From assembly GCF_009914755.1 (NCBI RefSeq), contig NC_060933.1: a DNA stretch of 64,000 bases, one strand, 5' to 3'. The stretch is from the human T2T-CHM13v2.0 reference genome, Homo sapiens. The position numbers and the translations under genes are program-made. The notes beneath the pieces are model-generated. The model was not told the DNA's origin, ran no database searches, and was given only the letters and a program-made list of their open reading frames with translations. Positions 58,801 through 64,000 of this stretch are shown in pieces (position 1 is the first letter of the stretch; each line of letters opens with the position of its first letter).

Positions 58801-59170
58801 ATGGAATGAAATGGAATTGAATCAACCCGAGTACAATGGAATTGAATTGAATGGAATGGAATGGAATGGAATGGAATGGAATGGAATGATACAGAATAGA
58901 ATGGAATGGAATGAAATGGAATGGAATGGAATGGAATGGAGTGGAATGGAATGGAATGGAATGGAATCGTTCCGAGTGGAATAGGAGGGAATGTATTCGA
59001 GTGGAATGGAAAGGAATGGAAAAAACCTGAGTGGAATGGAAGGGAATGGAATGGAATGGAAACTAATAGAATGGATTCAACCCGAGAGGAATGGAATGGA
59101 AAGGACTGGAATGGAATGGAATGGAATGGAATCAACTCGATTGTAATGGAATTGAATGGAATGGAATGGA
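52860..59170 (-). repeat. ~4.2-kb higher-order duplication (~52.86-54.9 kb matches ~57.06-59.17 kb)
   Basis: ttcaacttg markers 52863/57064 and 53716/57917 (both offset 4201); gtaatgtagag ~54470/~58718; cgttc[t/c]gagtggaataggaggg ~54697/~58968. Confidence 0.7.
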
Positions 59171-62100
59171 ATGGAATTAGCCCGAATACAATGCAATGGA
59201 ATGGAATGGAACGGAATGGAGTGGAATGGAACGGAATCAACCCGAGTGCAGGGGAATGGAATGGAACGGAATGCAATGGAATGGAATCATCCGGAATGGA
59301 ATGGAATGGAATGGAATGCAAAGCAATGGAATAAACTCGATTGCAATGGAATGGAATGGAATGGAAAGGAATATATTGGAATCAACCCGAGTGGAATGGA
59401 ATGGAAAGGACTGGAATGGAGTGGAATGGAATGGAATGGAATGGAATGGAATCAACTCGATTGGAATGGAATGGAATGGAATGGAATGGAATGGAATCGT
59501 TCCGAGTGGAATAGGAGGGAATGTATTCGAGTGGAAAGGAAAGGAATGGTATCAACCAGAGTGGAATGGAAGGGAATGGAATGGAATGGAAACTAATAGA
59601 ATGGAATCAACCTGAGTGGAATGGAATGGAAAGGACTGGAATGGAATGGAATGGAATGGAATCAACTCGATTGTAATGGAATGGCATGGAATGCAATGGA
59701 ATGGAATGGAATTAACACGAATACAATGGAATGGAATGGAATGGAACGGAATGGAGTGGAATGGAATGGAATCAACCCGAGGGCAGGGGAATGGAATGGA
59801 GTGGAATGCAATGGAATGGAATCATCCGGAATGGAATGGAATGGAATGGAATGCAAAGCAATGGAATCAACTCGATTGCAATGGAATGGAATGGAATGGA
59901 AAGGAATACATTGGATTCAACCCGAGTGGAATGGAATGGAAAGGACTGGAATGGAGTGGAATGGAATGGAATGGAATGGAATGGAATGGAATCAACTCGA
60001 TTGGAATGGAATGGAATGGAATTAACACGAATAGAATGGAATGGAATGGAATGGAACGGAATGGAATGGAATGGAATGGAATGGAATGGAATGGAATGGA
60101 ATCAACCTGACTGCAGGGGAATGGAATGGAATGGAATGCAATGGAATGGATTCAACTTGAATGTAATGGAAAGAATGGAATCAACACGAGTGGAATGGCA
60201 TGGATTGGAATGGAATGGAATGGAATCAACCCGAGTACAGGGGAATGGAATGGAATGGGATGCAATGGAATGGAATCATCCGTAATGGAATGGAAAGGAA
60301 AGGAATGGAATGGAATGGAATGGAATGGAATGGAATGGAATCAACTCGATTGCAATCGAATGGAATGGAATGGAATTAACCCGAATAGAATGGAATGGAA
60401 TGGAATGGAACGGAACGGAACGGAACGGAATGGAATGGAATGGAATGGAACGGAAAGGAATGGAATGGAATGGAATGGAATGGAATGGAATGGAATGGAA
60501 TGGAATGGAATCAACGCGAGTGCAGGGGAATGGAATGGAATGGAATGCAATGGAATGGAATCTTCCGGAATGGAATGGAATTGAATGGAATGGAATGGAA
60601 TAAACCCTAGTGCAATGGAATGGAGTGGAATGGAATGGAATGGAATGGAATAATCCGAATGGAATGGAATGTAATGGAGACTAAGGGAGTTGAATAGAAT
60701 CAATCCGAATGTAATGGAATGGAATGGAACGGAATGGAATGGAATGGAATGGAATGGAATGGAATGGAATGGAATGCAATGGAATGGAATCAACCCGAGT
60801 GCAATCAAATGGAATCGAATGGAATGGAATGCAAAGGAATGGATTCAACTTGAATGGAATGGAATAAATGGAATGAACACGAGTGGAATGGCATGGATTG
60901 GAATGGAATGGAATGGAATCAACCCGAGTACAGGGGAATGGAATGGAATGGAATGCAATGGAATGGAATCATCCGTAATGGAATGGAAACGAATGGAATG
61001 GAATGGAATGGAATGGAATGGAATGGAATGGAATCAACCCGAGTGCAATGGAATGGAGTGGAATGGAATGGAATGGAATGGAACAACCCGAATGGAATGG
61101 AATGTAATGGAGAGTAAGGGAGTTGAATAGAATCAATCCGAATGTAATGGAATGGAACGGAATGTAATGGAATGGAATGGAATGGAATGGAAAGGAATGG
61201 AATGCAATGGAATGGAATCAACCCGAGTACAATGGAATGGAATGGAATGGAATGGAATGGAATGGAATGGAATGGAATCCACCCGAGTGCAATGGAATGG
61301 AGAGGAATGGAATGGAATGGAATGGAAACTACCCGAATGGAATGGAATGTAATCGAGTGTAAGGGAATTGAATAGAATCAATCCGAATGGAATGGAATGG
61401 AATGGAACGGAATGTAATGGAATGGAATGGAATGGAATGGAATCAACCCAAGTGCAGGGGAATGGAATGGAATGGAATGCAATGGAATGGAATCATCCGG
61501 AATGGAATGTAATGGAATGCAATGGAATGGAATGGAATGGAATCAACCCGAGTGCAATGGAATGGAGTGAAATGGTATGGAATGGAATGGAAACAACCAG
61601 AATGGATTGGAATATAATGGAGTGTATGGGAATTGAATAGAATCAATCTGAATGTAATGAAATGGAATGTAACGGAATGGAATGGAATGCAATGGAATGG
61701 AATGGAATGGAATGCAATGGAATGGAATCAACCCGAGTGCAATCGAATGGAATCGAATGGAATGGAATGCAATGGAATGGATTCAACTTGAATGGAATGG
61801 AAAGAATGGAATCAACACGAGTGGAATGGCATGGATTGGAATGCAATGGAATGGAATCAACCCGAGTACAAGGGAATGGAATGGAATGGAATGCAATGGA
61901 ATTGAATCATCCGTAATGGAATGGAAAGGAATGGAATGGAATGGAATGGAATGGAATGGAATGGAATGGAATGGAATCAACTCGATTGCAATCGAATGGA
62001 ATGGAATGGAATTAACCCGAATAGAATGGAATGGAAAGGAATGGAACGGAACGGAATGGAATGGAATGGAATGGAATGGAATGCAATGGAATGGAAAGGA

Positions 62101-64000
62101 AAGGAATGGAATGGAATGGAATGGAATGGAATGGAATGGAATGGAATCAACGCGAGTGCAGGGGAATGGAATGGAATGGAATGCAATGGAATGTAATCTT
62201 CCGGAATGGAATGGAATGGAATGCAATAGATTCAACTCGATTGCAATGGAATGCAATAGAATGGAATAGAATGGAATGGAAAGGAATGGAACGGAACAGA
62301 ATGGAATGGAATGGGATGGAATAGAATGGAATGGAATGGAATGGAACGGAACGGAATGGAATGGAATGGAATGGAATGGAATGGAATGGAATGGAATTGT
62401 ATGGAATGGAATGGTATGGTACGGAATTGAATGGAATGGAAAGAATTGGAATGGAATGGAATCGAATGGAATGGTATGGAATGGAATGGAATGGAATGGA
62501 ATCAACCCGAGTGCAGGGGAATGAAATGGATCGGAATGCAGTGGAATGGAATCATCCGGAATTGAATGGAATGGAATGAAATGGAATGGAATCAACCCCA
62601 GTGCAATGGAATGGAGTGGAATGGAATGGAATGGAATGGAACAACAGGAATGGAATGGAATGGAATGGAGAGTAAGGGAGTTGAATAGAATCAACCCGAA
62701 AGTAATGGAATGGAATGGAACGTAATGGAATGGAATGGAATGCAATGGAATGGAATCAACCCGAGTAAAATGGAATAGAATGAAATGGAATGGAATGGAA
62801 TGGAATTGAATGGAATGGAATGGAATGCAATGGAATGCAATCAACCAGAGTGCAATGGAATGGAGAGGAATGGAATGGAATGGAATGGAAACTACCCGAA
62901 TGGAACGAAATGTAATGGAGTGTAAGGGAATTGAAAAGAATCAATCCGAATGTGATGGAATGGAATGGAACGGAATGGAATGGAATGGAATGGAATGGAA
63001 TGGAATGGAATGGAATGCAATAGAATGGAATCAACCCGAGTGCAATCGAATGGAATCGAATGGAATGGAATGCAATGGAATGGATTCAACTTGAATGGAA
63101 TGGAAAGAATGGAATCAACACGAGTGGAAGGGCATGGATTGGAATGCAATGGAATGGAATCAACCCGAGTACAGGGGAATGGAATGGAATGGAATGCAAT
63201 GGAATGGAATCATCCGTAATGGAATGGAAAGGAATGGAATGGAATGGAATGGAATGGAATGGAATGCAATGGAATGGAATCAACACGATTGCAATCGAAT
63301 GGAATGGAATGGAATTAACCCGAATAGAATGGAATGGAATGGAATGGAACGGAACGGAATGGAATGGAATGGAATGGAACGGAATGGAATGGAAAGGAAT
63401 GGAATGGAATGGAATGGAATGGAATGGAATGGAATCAACGCGAGTGCAGGGGAATGGAATGGAATGGAATGCAATGGAATGGAATGGAATAAACCCGAGT
63501 GCAATGGAATGGAGTGGAATGGAATGGAATGGAATGGAGCAACCCGAACGGAATGGAATGTAATGGAGAGTAAGGGAGTTGAATAGAATCAATCCGAATG
63601 TAATGGAATGGAATGGAACGGAATGGAATTGAATGGAATGGAATGGAATGCAATGGAATGGAATCAACCCGAGTGCAATGGAATGGAGAGGAATGGAATG
63701 GAATGGAATGGAAACTACCCGAATGGAATGGAATGTAACGGAGTGTAAGGGAATTGAATAGAATCAATCCGAATGTAATGGAATGGAATGGAACGGAATG
63801 GAATGGAATGGAATGGAATGCAATGGAATGGAATGCAATGGAATGGAATCAACCCGAGTGCAATCGAATGGAATCGAATGGAATGGAATGCAATGGAATG
63901 GATTCAACTTGAATGGAATGGAAAGAATGGAATCAATACGAGTGGAAGGGCATGGATTGGAATGCAATGGAATGGAATCAACCCGAGTACAGGGGAATGG

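Larger units (their letters stand above)
36963..60571. promoter_or_regulatory. Dispersed perfect heat-shock elements GGAATCTTCCGGAAT (nGAAn-nTTCn-nGAAn), at least 16 copies
   Basis: Starts at 36963, 37831, 40036, 41210, 41950, 44724, 45741, 47754, 48627, 51187, 53255, 55716, 56423, 57456, 58289, 60557. The motif match is direct; HSF1 binding is inferred. Confidence 0.55.
25775..64000 (-). repeat. HSat3 / satellite III array in inverted orientation, G-rich (GGAAT)n strand on +
   Basis: Continuous GGAAT pentamers with ggaatcaacccgagtgc, ggaattaacccgaatag and related variants; these are the reverse complements of left-arm motifs. Confidence 0.97.
33600..64000 (-). repeat. Distal HSat3 sub-variant (9q12 SatIII / HSat3B5-like) built from ~0.75-0.9 kb modules
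   Basis: Recurrent ttcaacttgaatggaatggaaagaatggaatcaacacgagtggaatggcatggattgg...cccgagtacagggg...catccgtaatgg (about 20 copies; e.g. 35788, 36557, 37436, 44338, 47383, 48266, 52863, 53716, 57064, 57917, 63084, 63903), plus gagagtaagggagttg and caacgcgagtgcagggg. The chromosome assignment is from recall, not a search. Confidence 0.65.

Noticed and set aside
1-64000. Hundreds of ORFs up to ~390 aa, (MEWNG)n and (IPFHS)n
   Set aside because: Pure GGAAT/CATTC repeats lack stop codons in all frames and supply ATGs constantly. The ORFs overlap in all six frames and show no domain or gene structure.
33600-64000. CRISPR-like alternation of conserved motifs and spacers
   Set aside because: The apparent spacers are just GGAAT runs rather than unique sequence, and there are no cas genes or leader.
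1-64000. HSat2, alpha-satellite, telomeric repeat or DYZ1 assignment
   Set aside because: CATTCGATTC is sparse, there is no 171-bp monomer, CENP-B box or TTAGGG, and I saw no regular ~3.6-kb unit throughout the window.
25775-64000. Canonical G-quadruplex motifs
   Set aside because: G3/G4 tracts (cagggg, aaggg) are isolated, and four closely spaced G3+ runs were not seen.

Overview
The whole 64 kb window is primate (human-type) satellite 3 DNA (HSat3/SatIII): an imperfect (CATTC)n/(GGAAT)n pentamer array punctuated by the classic CAACCCGA[G/A]T-type variant motifs. I found no genes, transposons or unique sequence. Every listed ORF is a translation artefact of the pentamer ((MEWNG)n or (IPFHS)n). 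The array has clear structure. (1) One abrupt strand inversion lies at 25774/25775: CATTC on + to the left, GGAAT on + to the right. The junction has a 2-bp GG microhomology and a perfect 19-bp stem with a 9-nt loop, and rare variant modules are mirrored across it. (2) The left arm (1 to ~19.8 kb) is built from nested duplications at ~0.43, 2.3, 4.1, 8.3 and 10.2 kb offsets. (3) A more diverged zone flanks the breakpoint (~19.8-33.6 kb). (4) At ~33.6 kb the sequence switches to a distinct distal sub-variant resembling the chr9q12 SatIII probe sequence (from recall). In that domain a single substitution creates at least 16 perfect tripartite heat-shock elements (GGAAT-CTTCC-GGAAT) that I did not see elsewhere in the window. 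All offsets and counts were read by eye and need dot-plot confirmation.
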